Of a stretch of 64,000 bases of DNA, positions 63,091 to 64,000 are shown piece after piece. Under the pieces are notes generated by a model. It was not told where the DNA came from and searched no databases. It worked only from the letters and a program-made list of their open reading frames with translations. Each line of letters starts with the position of its first letter. Within the stretch, counting starts at the first letter, position 1. The DNA is from Dicyema japonicum (lineage: Eukaryota > Animalia > Dicyemida): the NCBI GenBank assembly GCA_011109175.1, contig RDEW01000029.1:530158-594157 (forward strand), written 5' to 3'. The position numbers and the translations under genes are program-made.

Positions 63091-63553
63091 TAAAATAGGT
63101 CAAATGGGAAGTATCTTTTATGAACCTCACGTCCATTCCCATTTGAAATTGTGGAAACCCTTCCTTAAAGTAGGGAATTGGTAGATTTTTTTCGGACCAA
63201 GTGTCTCCTACAATATACGGATCACTTAACGCATTCTTAAGAGTTGAAAAAGTCGAGGAATCTGTCGACCAGGTAGGTATCGTGTGAGAACCGAGCTACA
63301 GCAAACAGTGACTGTCTACTAAATTATGATTAAAAGATAAGAGATTATAAGACAGCTTAATTAAGTGATTTTAATTTATAGACATAATTCTAAAATATTA
63401 ACCACCAATCAAATTTTATTGAAATTATCAATAAATTGATCTATATTGAAATAAATCAATTTGTTAATCCTTATTTAAATTTCTATTTAAATCATTGTTG
63501 TTATAATTTTGAAGAGTTTATTTAAATATTAGAATATTCTGTCAATACACAAA

Positions 63554-64000
63554 TTAAGGTTGGTGAGAAGACCTCCGATTGTAAACCATAGTAAGGAGAG
63601 ATCGATTCACGGGAACTGCCTGAAAATCAAAAATTTAACCTACTTTAAGTTTATTTGTTAAAGGGAGCTCAATGGGGGATGGTTTTGTACATGATTTACA
63701 CGTGACAGTCCAAATAGTTAAATTAAGTTGCTTAAACAGACATGACTCACACAGATTGTGCTTGCAGGAAAGCAGACGAGGCCTCCTTTTAATATTGTCG
63801 TACCTGCCTTGAGTAATTATTCATACAAGAGGTGACATTGAGGACAATTGAGATCAGAATTGGCGAGTTCTTCTTCAGTAACTTCCACCGAGAAGTCCTT
63901 GGACTCCGCAAATGAGCTGGTTCGACGATATGTTCCGTTTTGTTTTACTGGATTTTCTTTCTTTCCTATAACACTCCACCATTTTCTAGAAATACAACAA
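63554..64000 (-). CDS. 3' end of a gene with a C-terminal RING-HC finger; runs off the window; absent from ORF track
   Basis: CPQCHLLYDNIKRRPRLLSCKHNLCESC..VTCKSC..VPVNRSLL after removing introns 63804-63826 (23 nt) and 63620-63643 (24 nt). Confidence 0.75.

Overview
AT-rich eukaryotic (metazoan-type) genomic DNA, standard genetic code, roughly half made of decayed transposons. The host genes are split by very small spliceosomal introns (mostly 20-26 nt), so the ORF track shows them only as fragments or misses them. Recognisable genes: TRIM37, CRELD, LAGE3/PCC1, TEX2, BLTP2 (KIAA0100/hobbit), COA7, PAM16, GSS and the 3' end of a RING-finger gene. There are also two orphan genes and several decayed gene-like frames. 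Mobile DNA includes two jockey/I-like LINE families, RTE-, R4/Dong- and CRE-like retrotransposon pieces, MULE, hAT and pogo-like DNA transposons, a tRNA-derived SINE and a second non-autonomous retroposon. That second element shares a covarying 3' hairpin with one LINE family. An ~84-bp higher-order tandem array sits directly upstream of an RT. Micro-introns plus this gene set suggest a compact-intron animal parasite such as a myxozoan or dicyemid (inference only). All gene and family names come from recalled motif similarity, not database searches.
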